Part shown: positions 22,762 to 32,856 of the stretch, piece after piece
How the letters are laid out: each line of letters starts with the position of its first letter
Numbering within the stretch: position 1 is the first letter of the stretch
IMG/VR virus record: IMGVR_UViG_3300045988_082442
Coordinates: 1 to 64,000 of that record
Origin: a virus
Strand: one strand, 5' to 3'
DNA: 64,000 nt
The notes under the pieces: model-generated
The model's input: the letters and a program-made list of their open reading frames with translations, nothing else
What the model was told of the DNA's origin: nothing
Databases searched by the model: none
Program-made: the position numbers and the translations under genes

Positions 22762-25416
22762 ATGAACATAAATTTTGGAATGGATAATTTCTATGTGCGT
22801 TATTTGAAAAGATTCTTGGCTAGTGAAATGCCACAAACAAATATGGTTCTTGGTGAATTTGATAAAGAGGACCAACAGTTATTAATTCAATATTTAAACT
22901 TACCAAATGTTGAGCCTATGTCAAGAGTTCAAAGAAAACTAAACGAGATGTATCCTCAACTTAATCAATTATTTAATATGAAATTACAAGATAATTATAT
23001 AAAATGGACTTCAAAAGTTATTTCAGAAGAAACTTCTGCTTTTATTAGGGATAATGTAGATGATATATCTGCATATTGTAAAACAGTTGGTTGGAAATTA
23101 GATGATGCCCACGAGTGGGTAAATAGTGCAATGGACATCAATGGAGATGGGGTTATAGATGAAACTGATGGAGCTATTGTTAGAGATATTGCATATAATA
23201 ATGAAGGTTATGAACTTGCAAAAGGAAGAATAACAGGTAAGATTGTTTGCCCTAATATTGTTAATTGGGTAGATTTAAACCCTACAATATCTTTATATAA
23301 TTCATATAATCAGTTAGTAACTACTTCTTCATTTGAAGTTACAAGTAATACATATTTATTTAAGGATTTAGACCCTGGTGTTTATTCTGTAAAAATTGTA
23401 ATAGATGGTTATGTTGATAGTACTATGAACAATATATATGTAAAGACTGGTTTTGTTTCTAAAGTGCAAGATATAGATATATCAAGATGTGCTGGAGATG
23501 TAAATGGAGATGGTACTATTGATGCAACTGATAAGAGTATAATAGGGGCAAATTATGGAACTACAACTCCTAGTACCCTAATATATGACTTAAATAAAGA
23601 CGGTACTGTTAATATAGCAGATTTATCGATAGCAGCCTATAATAATGGTAGAATAGGAGCTAACTATAATTGGACTGAAAACTTTGAAGAAATGGATAAA
23701 AAGAATAAATATCCAGCTGATGTCAGAAAGAAAGCTGATATAAATTTAGACGGTGTTGTAGATTATAAAGATGTAGAGCTATTTCAAACATATCTTGAAT
23801 CTGAAAGGGTGTTCTTTTCTGTATCTATGGAAAATAGGAAAAATCATTTTCCAAATAAAGATATGCTTGTGTTTATAAATCAATTTGATGGTACTTTTTT
23901 ATATGATTATGCTATTAGAGATGGTGGGGCTGGTGTTGATAATTTCCCACATAAAAATAGTACAGGTTTATATAAAATTGGTTTATACAAATGTAAACCA
24001 AATCAGAAAGTAACTATTGCTCATAACAATACAAAATCTACTAGACTGGTTATAGGTAGTTCACCTGCTAGACTAAAACAAGATGTAACATCATTTATGT
24101 TACAAAATGTTGTAGAAGTTACATTAAACCCAGGAGAGAGTTTTCAGTATCAAGCAAGTGGTAGTGATACTGGAACTTATAATGCAAATTGGATTTGTAT
24201 TCAATGTCCATCATCACATGGTGATTTAAGTGGTACTGTTGAAAAGTCTATAACTGGTGAGATTGGTGATGTAAATATGGACGGAAAAATAGATATGGAA
24301 GATTACAAATTAGCAGCTTATTATACAGCAACTGGAACACCAGATGCTGAGAAACTACATTGGGAAGCATCACCTAGACAAATACTTGCTATGGATGTAG
24401 ACAAAGATGGTAAAGTAACTGTTCAAGATGCAAAATATATCTATGATTTCTTACATGGAACTTTTCCAGGAATAAGCTTAGGTTTATATCAATACAATTA
24501 TAATGTTCCTAGTGATTACTCTGATATGGACAATGTATCTAATCTACTTATCATAGATGGCTGGTATGAAAAAGAAGTAGGAATACCATTTTTAGATTTT
24601 GTTAAAAATCCTTGGATAATACATGAGAAATTCTTTAATTATCTTTTAGGAATGGCTGTTCATAAATATTCTAATTCAGAAAGTATAACATTTGTTCAAG
24701 AGTTGCTAAAAGAATATTATCCACATACCCATTTTGGTACTGATTTCTTACAAACTGGTATTTATAATAACACTATGATTGATATGTTGAAAGAATACCA
24801 AAGAAGTAAAATAGTATTTACCTATGGTGACTTAGATAGAGATGGTAAATTAACTAATAAAGATTTAATAATTTTAAGAGAGTATTTATATGGATTAGAT
24901 GATTTAGAATTAAATACACCTATTACTTTAAAAGAATTAAGGGATTATTTAGATGGCATAACTACATTAAGTTATGAAAAGATGCAATGGGCAGATGTAA
25001 ATAGAGATGGTGTTGTAGATGAAACTGATTATCAATTACTTCTAATTTATAAAGGGGATAAAACACTTGCAGGAAAAGTCAAAGATTATTTAGACCATAA
25101 GGGTACCTTAACACCTGATGAAATGGCTCTTGCAGATATGGACAATGATGGGGAAGTAACATCAGATGATTATGAGAAACTTATGAGTTATCCTAGAACT
25201 TTAACTGGTGTCCAACTAACACATGCTGATATAAATCACACTGGTTTGATTGATAAATCATGTTACTATATTCTAGAATCTAATATAAATGGAACTTCTG
25301 ATAGTTTAACAGATTATTTAGTACCATTTTCACTAGGATGGTATGATATGGATACAGAGTTATATATGGAACAAGAATATAACAGTTACGAAACAATAAG
25401 TGAGGTGAGTAAGTAA
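22762..25416 (+). CDS. tail-associated multi-dockerin protein (884 aa)
   Basis: 10-11 segments of the form DxNxDGxhDxxD plus an amphipathic helix. A beta-sandwich-like stretch GRITGKIVCPN..YSVKIVIDGYV. Two stretches resembling the PG_binding_1 domain. Confidence 0.7.
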   Translation: MNINFGMDNFYVRYLKRFLASEMPQTNMVLGEFDKEDQQLLIQYLNLPNVEPMSRVQRKLNEMYPQLNQLFNMKLQDNYIKWTSKVISEETSAFIRDNVDDISAYCKTVGWKLDDAHEWVNSAMDINGDGVIDETDGAIVRDIAYNNEGYELAKGRITGKIVCPNIVNWVDLNPTISLYNSYNQLVTTSSFEVTSNTYLFKDLDPGVYSVKIVIDGYVDSTMNNIYVKTGFVSKVQDIDISRCAGDVNGDGTIDATDKSIIGANYGTTTPSTLIYDLNKDGTVNIADLSIAAYNNGRIGANYNWTENFEEMDKKNKYPADVRKKADINLDGVVDYKDVELFQTYLESERVFFSVSMENRKNHFPNKDMLVFINQFDGTFLYDYAIRDGGAGVDNFPHKNSTGLYKIGLYKCKPNQKVTIAHNNTKSTRLVIGSSPARLKQDVTSFMLQNVVEVTLNPGESFQYQASGSDTGTYNANWICIQCPSSHGDLSGTVEKSITGEIGDVNMDGKIDMEDYKLAAYYTATGTPDAEKLHWEASPRQILAMDVDKDGKVTVQDAKYIYDFLHGTFPGISLGLYQYNYNVPSDYSDMDNVSNLLIIDGWYEKEVGIPFLDFVKNPWIIHEKFFNYLLGMAVHKYSNSESITFVQELLKEYYPHTHFGTDFLQTGIYNNTMIDMLKEYQRSKIVFTYGDLDRDGKLTNKDLIILREYLYGLDDLELNTPITLKELRDYLDGITTLSYEKMQWADVNRDGVVDETDYQLLLIYKGDKTLAGKVKDYLDHKGTLTPDEMALADMDNDGEVTSDDYEKLMSYPRTLTGVQLTHADINHTGLIDKSCYYILESNINGTSDSLTDYLVPFSLGWYDMDTELYMEQEYNSYETISEVSK

Positions 25417-26231
25417 TGAATGGTTATATGGGTAGTCTAATTCCAAATAATGCAGAAACAGGTAGGCAAGGATTTCAACAATGGGAGTGCTATATGTTAC
25501 TTAAATATGGAAACAAAGGAAACTTTGGATTAGGTGGAAATACTGAATATCTTTGCGAACTTCCACTCTATCCAGAGGAAGTACAAGAAAGTATAAATGC
25601 TAACTGGGAAGAACAAAGTGTAATAGGAAGGTCAGCACCATTATCTGCTTACTCTAATACAAGTTTAAAATCAGTATCATTTAGTATGGATTTGCATAGA
25701 GATTTTCTTACTGGTAGCTATTCTTTAACAGATGAGAATTTAAGGGAGATTGCTTCTGATAAACGTGTTTCACATGACACTGTTAGAAGAAACCAAGCTG
25801 CAGGTAGACAATATGATTATGTAAACGGTTTATTTGGTGGTAGAACATGGTATATAAATATAAATAAGATGCTACAAATGGCTTGTTATCCACAATATAC
25901 TAATGCAGGTGCAATACCACCAACTACTTATTTTGTATTTGGACAAATGATTTTAAAAGGTTATATAGAAAGTTATTCTACACAATGGAAGAAACCTATA
26001 ATAAATACTTTCTATGGTTGGAACAGTGTTAGTATTACAATGAAATGTTATCCAGATACAGTTATATCTGCAAGTGATATTATATCTGGAAATACAAGTA
26101 CACAAAATACTTATAATACTAGATTTCCTTCTAAGGTTGGTAGCAGTAATGTTATGGCTAGAGATTTTGGTAGAGGAAATTATAGAGGAAGTTCATCAAT
26201 AGGAAATTTAACAGATATACTTATAACATAA
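25416..26231 (+). CDS. hypothetical tail/baseplate protein
   Basis: Start ATG 25416 overlaps the last base of the upstream TAA stop. Contains EEQSVIGRSAPLSAYSNTSLKSVSFSMDL, which is reminiscent of tube-initiator-like proteins; this is a weak call. Confidence 0.45.
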   Translation: MNGYMGSLIPNNAETGRQGFQQWECYMLLKYGNKGNFGLGGNTEYLCELPLYPEEVQESINANWEEQSVIGRSAPLSAYSNTSLKSVSFSMDLHRDFLTGSYSLTDENLREIASDKRVSHDTVRRNQAAGRQYDYVNGLFGGRTWYININKMLQMACYPQYTNAGAIPPTTYFVFGQMILKGYIESYSTQWKKPIINTFYGWNSVSITMKCYPDTVISASDIISGNTSTQNTYNTRFPSKVGSSNVMARDFGRGNYRGSSSIGNLTDILIT

Positions 26232-26243
26232 AGGAGGTAAGAT

Positions 26244-26669
26244 ATGTCAGCTAGAAATATAAAATTCACAATTAGAAATAAAAATATATCACCAGCATAC
26301 TTAGCCCAATTTAGGGAGGTATATGAAGATTTAGATTACCTTAATCCTAGGGTTTATAAAGATGTCAGCAGATATAAGAATGTTAGAACTATTCAAGATA
26401 AAGATAAAGATACTGCAAAAATATATCATGAAACTGTAAATCAATATAAAATCCCAGAAGAAGATGATGAATCAACATATATTGTTGGGATTGAAACAGA
26501 AAACAGATTAGATTTAGTTTCATACAGAAGTTATTCAACACCTAAATACTGGTGGGTAATTGCATTAGCAAATAACATAATAGACCCATTTGATGTTCCT
26601 TATGGTACTATATTAAGAATACCTCAATTAACACAATTATATGATGAGGGAGGGGTACTATATGGCTAG
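26244..26669 (+). CDS. tail protein X-like (P2 gpX / XkdP, LysM-like)
   Basis: C-terminus LDLVSYRSYSTPKYWWVIALANNIIDPFDVPYGTILRIPQ. Confidence 0.6.
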   Translation: MSARNIKFTIRNKNISPAYLAQFREVYEDLDYLNPRVYKDVSRYKNVRTIQDKDKDTAKIYHETVNQYKIPEEDDESTYIVGIETENRLDLVSYRSYSTPKYWWVIALANNIIDPFDVPYGTILRIPQLTQLYDEGGVLYG

Positions 26670-28257
26670 TAGAAGTTTTACTGGTTCTTCAGCTACAATG
26701 AATCAAGTTACTATGGCAGCTAATTTTGAAAATACATTAAAAAGAGTAAATAATATGATAAAGAAAGACAGTGCTTATTCTGTATGGATTAGAATGGTTA
26801 TAGGTAAAGGTTCTAATCAGATTGTATTTGATTCTAGTAGTACAAATAAAGAAGAAAATATAGTAATGAGTTTAGATTATGAGAAGTCAGGTGTAGGTAG
26901 TGCTAATCAATTTACATTTAAAGTTGCATTCGATTTATTTAATTATGGACAACAGACAAAAGGTGCTGTAGAACAACTAGATGAATTATTATATAATGCC
27001 ATGAATATATCTGGTTTAGGTTCTAATATATCAGAATCAAATATATTAAATTGTAAATTTCAATATGGCTATAATATATTAGGTGATACTCAAATTGTAT
27101 CACCTTTGTATGAAGGAATGATTACTGATATTGTTCCATCTGTTGATTATACAAATGGTAAAACATACTATACAATAAGTGGTTCAAGTTTTGTAATAAA
27201 TACCAGTACAGGACAAGGATATAATTTCAGTGCCATTGGTAATGTTGAAACTGGTGAGGGTGGCTGGAATGGAATGGATTTAATCCTATGGATACTTTGG
27301 TATTATCATGGAAATAATAGCACAGTTGATATGATATGGGATAAAGGTTATAAGAATAATCTTGAAAATCATAGCACAGACTGGTATGGTGACCTTGTAG
27401 ATAAGTTTAATATTGATATTCCAGAAGATTTAAGAAATTCAGCATCTAATGTTTGTATGGAGGCAGTAAGTGGTGTAACAGCAATAGACTATTGTAAAAT
27501 GGTTTTAGATAAAGTTAAAAACACAGCTGACCCTAGATATAATGCTGAAAAAGGGGACTATAATTTAAAAGATGGAGAAAATCCACCTAAATATATTTTA
27601 TATATGACAGATTCTGGAGGTTCTGGTAGAGCAACTATACATATTGCTTATATAGGAACACCTAGTGATTATACAGCTGCTGGTGTTAAAACAATAAATT
27701 TTCCATTTGAATGGTTTAATAGAACTAATAATATTGTTCTTAAATGGAACCCTGAGGTAAATTTGATTTCATATCTAATTGCAAGGGGTCAAGCTAAAAA
27801 TAAATCCATTATTGAAGGTTTGAGAGACAAAGCTCAGCAAAATGTAGAAAATGCACAGGACACCATTAAAAACACAGTAATTCCAAAACCTATATATGGA
27901 CCAGTACAAAATCCAGAAGCAACAAATGCTAGTTTTGCAGAAAAGTTTAAGAAAACAATGGAAACCCTATCTTCTGCAGCTAAAATGTTAGCATCTAATC
28001 GAGCACTTATTGAAGATTACGATACACAGCTATCTGGGCTACAAGATGAAAATATTGAATACTATAATTCTGAAATTACATTAGTTGGAATACCATCAGA
28101 TATACCACTAAATGTACTACTTAAAATAAAACCAAAAATATTGGAATCAGTAAGTAGAACACAGGGTACTTATTACATTACAGGCTCATCTGATAGTATA
28201 AGTACATCTGGTTTATTTACAACAACTATAAAGATATTTAGATGTACAAATTATTAA
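26662..28257 (+). CDS. baseplate hub-like tail protein (gpD/XkdQ position)
   Basis: ATG 26662 with GAGGGAGGGG 7 nt upstream. The call rests on synteny only. Confidence 0.45.
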   Translation: MASRSFTGSSATMNQVTMAANFENTLKRVNNMIKKDSAYSVWIRMVIGKGSNQIVFDSSSTNKEENIVMSLDYEKSGVGSANQFTFKVAFDLFNYGQQTKGAVEQLDELLYNAMNISGLGSNISESNILNCKFQYGYNILGDTQIVSPLYEGMITDIVPSVDYTNGKTYYTISGSSFVINTSTGQGYNFSAIGNVETGEGGWNGMDLILWILWYYHGNNSTVDMIWDKGYKNNLENHSTDWYGDLVDKFNIDIPEDLRNSASNVCMEAVSGVTAIDYCKMVLDKVKNTADPRYNAEKGDYNLKDGENPPKYILYMTDSGGSGRATIHIAYIGTPSDYTAAGVKTINFPFEWFNRTNNIVLKWNPEVNLISYLIARGQAKNKSIIEGLRDKAQQNVENAQDTIKNTVIPKPIYGPVQNPEATNASFAEKFKKTMETLSSAAKMLASNRALIEDYDTQLSGLQDENIEYYNSEITLVGIPSDIPLNVLLKIKPKILESVSRTQGTYYITGSSDSISTSGLFTTTIKIFRCTNY

Positions 28258-28273
28258 AAGGGAGGTTAAGTAA

Positions 28274-30049
28274 ATGCAAGTTGCAAATAAAATAACATAT
28301 TATAATAAAGCAATGTCAGCCATTGTGGTAAATAATGATTCAGGACAGGACCCCCTTAATAAAAGTAGGGTACAAGTATATATTCCAGAATTACACGGAA
28401 TGAAGGATACTTATACTAAATATCAAGAATATGTAGCTGCATCTGATAAGCCTAATAGGGATGATTTTACTGCATACCCATGGGCATTTAATACTGTATC
28501 TGATGTAAACAACGGTGATACAGTATATGTAATGAATTTAAGTAACTATATAGGTAGCTTTGTAGTTATAGGTAGAGATGCCTCATGTAAATCTGGTACA
28601 GGTGGTAGTGATAGTGATTTAAGTGCAGGTGGACTTGCTGAACTAATTATTCCATTTACTATACACCATGAATGCTATGTCCATATAACTGATTCATCTT
28701 GTCATACTGAGGGATATGCAACAGTTAAAGGACACGACCCATTATATAAATGTGTTGGTTGGGATAGTAATATTCCAGATATTGTACTTGCTGTTTATAC
28801 TACATCAACTTCTGGAAGCTGGTCTGTTGGTTTGCTTAACTGGGATGCCTCAAGAGCTTATAAGTTGATTTTTGAAATTGCCAGTAGAGATAGTAGTTGG
28901 AAAAGTAAATTTACAAACACCAATAATAGCTTTGTTTCACATTTAGAGCGTGATGTACAAACTGGAAATTGCAGTACATCCCCAGAGGTGTACCAAACAG
29001 GTAGAACATCTGAGCCATCTATTATAAAAGGAATACAAGCAATGCTTACTTCTAGTATAGGCAGAGAGGTACAAATTTCTACTTGTAGAAAAGATGTAAC
29101 TGATTATGTTCAAGGTTTCCTTGACTCAGGTATATCAAACCCAGCAATTGTTATGTATATGGCTGATTTATGTAATCAATGGGGAAGTGCAAGTCCTTTT
29201 TTAGAGGCTATGCGTAGTGCTGCAAAAGACCCATCTAGTATTATGGGTTCTGTTTCTAAAGAGGTTGAAATTGCTATAAAGAATTATCCGAATGCAAACC
29301 AAATGATGAAAGAAGTTGAAGCAATCCATGCTTATTGGATGGGACCTTTACACACTAAATATGGAATGAATAGATATGCACCAAGAAGAAATGAATGTAT
29401 TGCTTATATCAGAGAATTATTTAAACAAGGTAAATTTTCTCAATTCTCAGCTGGTATGACAATGCTAGGAAATCTTAATCAGGCAACTTATAAAGGTATT
29501 ACACTTGCATATCCATTTGAAAGTGAAATTGCAGAAAATCAAACATTTACTGGCAACGCTTGGAATGGAAGAAATGCCTATGTTATGACTTGTACTATGA
29601 GAATGCCTAAGTCATACCCAATTACATCATTATTTGGGGCAAGAAAACTTGGTATCCATAGACACATGGGAGTTGACTTCTCAGGACCAGAAGGTGTTGT
29701 ATTATATGCCTCACATGACGGTGAGCTAAAAATTGTTAATTCTGGTGGAGCAAGCTATGGATATCATGCTGTTATTACATTTACAAATGGAAGTGATGTT
29801 TGGGAAATCTATTATGGACACATGCTTACAAACTCATCTGTTCAATATGGATATAGAGATGGTGGTAAATATCAAATAAAAGCTGGTCAACCAATAGGTC
29901 AAATAGATAGTACAGGAAATAGTACAGGAAATCACTTGCATTTTGAACTAAGAAGAAATGGTAAATTTGTAAATCCACTACCATATTTAGGTTTAGGAAC
30001 TGAACATTACCCAATTCTTCCAGGTATGGAGAATTACTTATTAGAATAG
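28274..30049 (+). CDS. baseplate spike / tail-associated lysin with C-terminal M23 peptidase
   Basis: N-terminus is gpV/gp5-like (RVQVYIPELHG..GDTVYVMNL..FVVIGR). M23 motifs HRHMGVDF and GNHLHFELRRNGKFVNP. Confidence 0.75.
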   Translation: MQVANKITYYNKAMSAIVVNNDSGQDPLNKSRVQVYIPELHGMKDTYTKYQEYVAASDKPNRDDFTAYPWAFNTVSDVNNGDTVYVMNLSNYIGSFVVIGRDASCKSGTGGSDSDLSAGGLAELIIPFTIHHECYVHITDSSCHTEGYATVKGHDPLYKCVGWDSNIPDIVLAVYTTSTSGSWSVGLLNWDASRAYKLIFEIASRDSSWKSKFTNTNNSFVSHLERDVQTGNCSTSPEVYQTGRTSEPSIIKGIQAMLTSSIGREVQISTCRKDVTDYVQGFLDSGISNPAIVMYMADLCNQWGSASPFLEAMRSAAKDPSSIMGSVSKEVEIAIKNYPNANQMMKEVEAIHAYWMGPLHTKYGMNRYAPRRNECIAYIRELFKQGKFSQFSAGMTMLGNLNQATYKGITLAYPFESEIAENQTFTGNAWNGRNAYVMTCTMRMPKSYPITSLFGARKLGIHRHMGVDFSGPEGVVLYASHDGELKIVNSGGASYGYHAVITFTNGSDVWEIYYGHMLTNSSVQYGYRDGGKYQIKAGQPIGQIDSTGNSTGNHLHFELRRNGKFVNPLPYLGLGTEHYPILPGMENYLLE

Positions 30050-30062
30050 GAGGTATATAAGT

Positions 30063-30455
30063 ATGAAATATACAACATTTGCATTCCCAACTATGATAGA
30101 TAGAATAAATGGAAAAACAAGGTTATCAACAGAAGAGAAATCTGTTAATGAATGTCTGGGTATCCTTTTTAGAACTAGACCAGGTGAACTTATGGGTGAC
30201 CCTGAGTATGGTTGTAATCTAATAAATAGAATACATCAATATGGTGGAGCTATTCTTTCAGATTTATGTAAAGAGGATATTGTAAATGCTGCAGCAAGAT
30301 GGGAAACTAGATGTAGCATAAACCCAGATGACATTTATATAAGACAAGAAAATAGAATTGTATATATTTATATTCAGTACACTAACCTTGTTACTGGTAC
30401 TATTGAGGAACTAGAGCTTAATTTAGATAGTACAACAGATACAACTTATTATTAA
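30063..30455 (+). CDS. baseplate wedge protein gp25/gpW-like
   Basis: 130 aa. Motif RTRPGELMGDPEYGCNL. Lies after the spike gene. Confidence 0.65.
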   Translation: MKYTTFAFPTMIDRINGKTRLSTEEKSVNECLGILFRTRPGELMGDPEYGCNLINRIHQYGGAILSDLCKEDIVNAAARWETRCSINPDDIYIRQENRIVYIYIQYTNLVTGTIEELELNLDSTTDTTYY

Positions 30456-30485
30456 AAATTACTAAAAATCACATAAAATCAAAGT

Positions 30486-30530
30486 TAGAAGATGTTTATA
30501 TTATTGTAGTCATCTTCTATTATTTTACAA
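30486..30530 (+). terminator. hairpin terminator at the end of the tail module
   Basis: TAGAAGATG (30486-30494) / CATCTTCTA (30511-30519), then TATTATTTTA. Confidence 0.55.
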
Positions 30531-30597
30531 TGTTAAAACACTTGACAATATATCAAAATTGTCAAAAATGTAAAGGCTTTTAAGACTATAATTTTGT

Positions 30598-30613
30598 TAA
30601 AATATTAATGGGG
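30598..30613 (+). promoter_or_regulatory. class-3 element variant TAAAATATTAATGGGG
   Basis: One mismatch to the 16-mer. Lies 25-30 nt upstream of the nrdD start. Confidence 0.5.
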
Positions 30614-30637
30614 GACAATACTATTTAAGGAGGAGAT

Positions 30638-32830
30638 TTGAGTATGATAGTGGTCAAAAGAGATGGTACTATTGTTGATTTTAATAGCGATAAAATAAGA
30701 ATTGCTATCAATAAAGCAAACAAGGAAGTGATTGCTGAAGAAAGGGCAACAGACAAAGAAATAGATGAGATTATTTCTGGTATTGAAGGTAAAAACCTAG
30801 ATAAAATCAATGTAGAAGAGATTCAAGATTATATTGAAAATAAGCTAATGGATATGGATAGAAATTTACTAGCCAAAAAATACATAATATACAGATATAA
30901 AAGAGAATTAGTAAGAAAGGCAAATACTACTGATGAAACAATACAGGAACTTATAGATGGAGAAAGTGAATACTGGAACACAGAAAACTCTAATAAGAAT
31001 GCTAAAATAGTTACTGTTTTAAGAGATTACTTAGCTGGTGTTACCAGTACAGATATTTCAAAAAGATTATTATTACCATCTGACATTGTAAAAGCACATG
31101 AGGAGGGAGTAATACATTTCCATGATATGGATTATTTTGCTCAACCTATATCTAATTGTGAGCTTATCAATCTTGAAGATATGTTACAAAATGGAACTAT
31201 AATAAATGGTGTTATGATAGAAAAGCCACATAGGTTTATTACTGCTTGTACTATTGCAACTCAAATAATACTAGGCGTTTCCTCAGCTACCTATGGTGGT
31301 GCTACAATTACTCTAACACATCTTGCACCGTTTGTAAGAGATAGTTATAATAAGTATTATAGTAAATATGCTAATAGGGGGTTAGATGAAGAAACTTGTA
31401 AAAAATATGCTAAGGAAGATACTAGAAAAGAAGTAGCAGATGGGGTCCAAACATTTAATTATCAAGTAAATTCAATGACAAATACTAATGGTCAAGCACC
31501 TTTCTTATCTGTTTGTATGTATTTAGGTGAGACAGAAGAATATAAAGAAGAATTAGCAATGGTAATTGAAGAATTTTTAAATCAAAGAATATTAGGATTT
31601 AAAAATGAAAAAGGTGTTTATATTACACCAGCATTCCCAAAACTTTTATATGTCCTAGAAGAGGATAATATTTACGAAGATAGTAAATATTGGTATCTAA
31701 CAGAATTAGCTGCAAAATGTACAGCTAAAAGAATGGTACCAGATTATATATCAGAGAAAGTAATGTTAGCAAATAAAATAAATAAATATGGAAATGGAGA
31801 ATGCTATCCTTGTATGGGTTGTAGAAGTTTCTTAACTCCTTGGAGAACAGAAGGAAACCCATCAAAAGCTAAGAACTATGTTGAAGGTAAAGGAAAATAT
31901 TATGGAAGATTTAATCAAGGTGTTGTAACAATAAATTTACCAGATGTTGCTATGTCATCAAAGAAAGATACTGAACAATTCTGGAAACTATTTGATGAAA
32001 GATTGGAACTATGTCATAAAGCATTACAATGTAGACACAATAGATTGCTTCATGTAAAATCAGATGTTGCTCCTATATTATGGCAAAATGGTGCATTAGC
32101 TAGATTAGATAAGGGAGAAGGAATTAAACCTTTATTAGAGAATGGTTACTCTACAATATCATTGGGTTATGCTGGTTTATATGAATGTGTTAAATATATG
32201 ACAGGTGACTCACATACTGGTAAAGGTAAAGAATTTGGACTTGCAGTTATGCAACATCTAAATGATGCTTGTGCTAAATGGAAAGAAGAAGAAAATATTG
32301 ATTATTCAGTATATGGCACACCAATAGAAAGTACAACATATAAATTTGCTAAATGCTTGAAGAAAAGATTTGGTGATGATATATTTATTAAATTAGATGG
32401 TAAAGATAGAAATTATATAACTAATTCATATCATGTGCCAGTATTTGAAGAAATAGATGCTTTTGAGAAATTAAGACTAGAAAGTGAGTTCCAAAGATTA
32501 TCTCCTGGAGGTGCAATATCTTATATAGAAACTGCTAACCTACAAAATAATGTTAATGCTGTATTACAAGTTATCAAATTTATATATGGTAATATAATGT
32601 ATGCAGAATTAAACACTAAATCAGACTACTGTCAAGAATGTGGTTATGATGGAGAAATTCTAATAGACGATAATTTAGAATGGTATTGTCCAAATTGTGG
32701 AAATAGAAACCATGATACATTAAATGTAGCAAGAAGAACATGTGGTTACATTGGAAGCAATTTCTGGAATAAAGGAAGAACTCAAGAAATAAAAGAAAGA
32801 GTGCTCCACTTGGATAACAAAGACGCTTAA
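30638..32830 (+). CDS. nrdD: anaerobic ribonucleoside-triphosphate reductase
   Basis: N-terminus VVKRDGTIVDFNSDKI. C-terminal Zn ribbon CQECGY..CPNCGN. Glycyl-radical motif RRTCGYIG. Start is TTG 30638 or ATG 30644. Confidence 0.95.
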   Translation: MSMIVVKRDGTIVDFNSDKIRIAINKANKEVIAEERATDKEIDEIISGIEGKNLDKINVEEIQDYIENKLMDMDRNLLAKKYIIYRYKRELVRKANTTDETIQELIDGESEYWNTENSNKNAKIVTVLRDYLAGVTSTDISKRLLLPSDIVKAHEEGVIHFHDMDYFAQPISNCELINLEDMLQNGTIINGVMIEKPHRFITACTIATQIILGVSSATYGGATITLTHLAPFVRDSYNKYYSKYANRGLDEETCKKYAKEDTRKEVADGVQTFNYQVNSMTNTNGQAPFLSVCMYLGETEEYKEELAMVIEEFLNQRILGFKNEKGVYITPAFPKLLYVLEEDNIYEDSKYWYLTELAAKCTAKRMVPDYISEKVMLANKINKYGNGECYPCMGCRSFLTPWRTEGNPSKAKNYVEGKGKYYGRFNQGVVTINLPDVAMSSKKDTEQFWKLFDERLELCHKALQCRHNRLLHVKSDVAPILWQNGALARLDKGEGIKPLLENGYSTISLGYAGLYECVKYMTGDSHTGKGKEFGLAVMQHLNDACAKWKEEENIDYSVYGTPIESTTYKFAKCLKKRFGDDIFIKLDGKDRNYITNSYHVPVFEEIDAFEKLRLESEFQRLSPGGAISYIETANLQNNVNAVLQVIKFIYGNIMYAELNTKSDYCQECGYDGEILIDDNLEWYCPNCGNRNHDTLNVARRTCGYIGSNFWNKGRTQEIKERVLHLDNKDA

Positions 32831-32856
32831 TATATTATAATAGGAGGTATATTTTA

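Noticed and set aside
26641-26669. The 29-nt overlap of the gpX-like ORF with the next ORF, considered as another frameshift site.
   Set aside because: The downstream gene has a normal ATG (26662) with GAGGGAGGGG 7 nt upstream, so this is ordinary translational coupling. Likewise, the 62993..63346 / GroES-like overlap needs no fusion because the GroES N-terminus is complete.
30538-30566. Inverted repeat TTGACAAT-N8-ATTGTCAA upstream of nrdD, considered as an NrdR box.
   Set aside because: NrdR boxes are contiguous 16-bp palindromes of the acaCwAtATaTwGtgt type. Here the arms are 8 nt apart and the half-sites are simply TTGACA-like. It remains a possible operator, but I cannot support the NrdR call.
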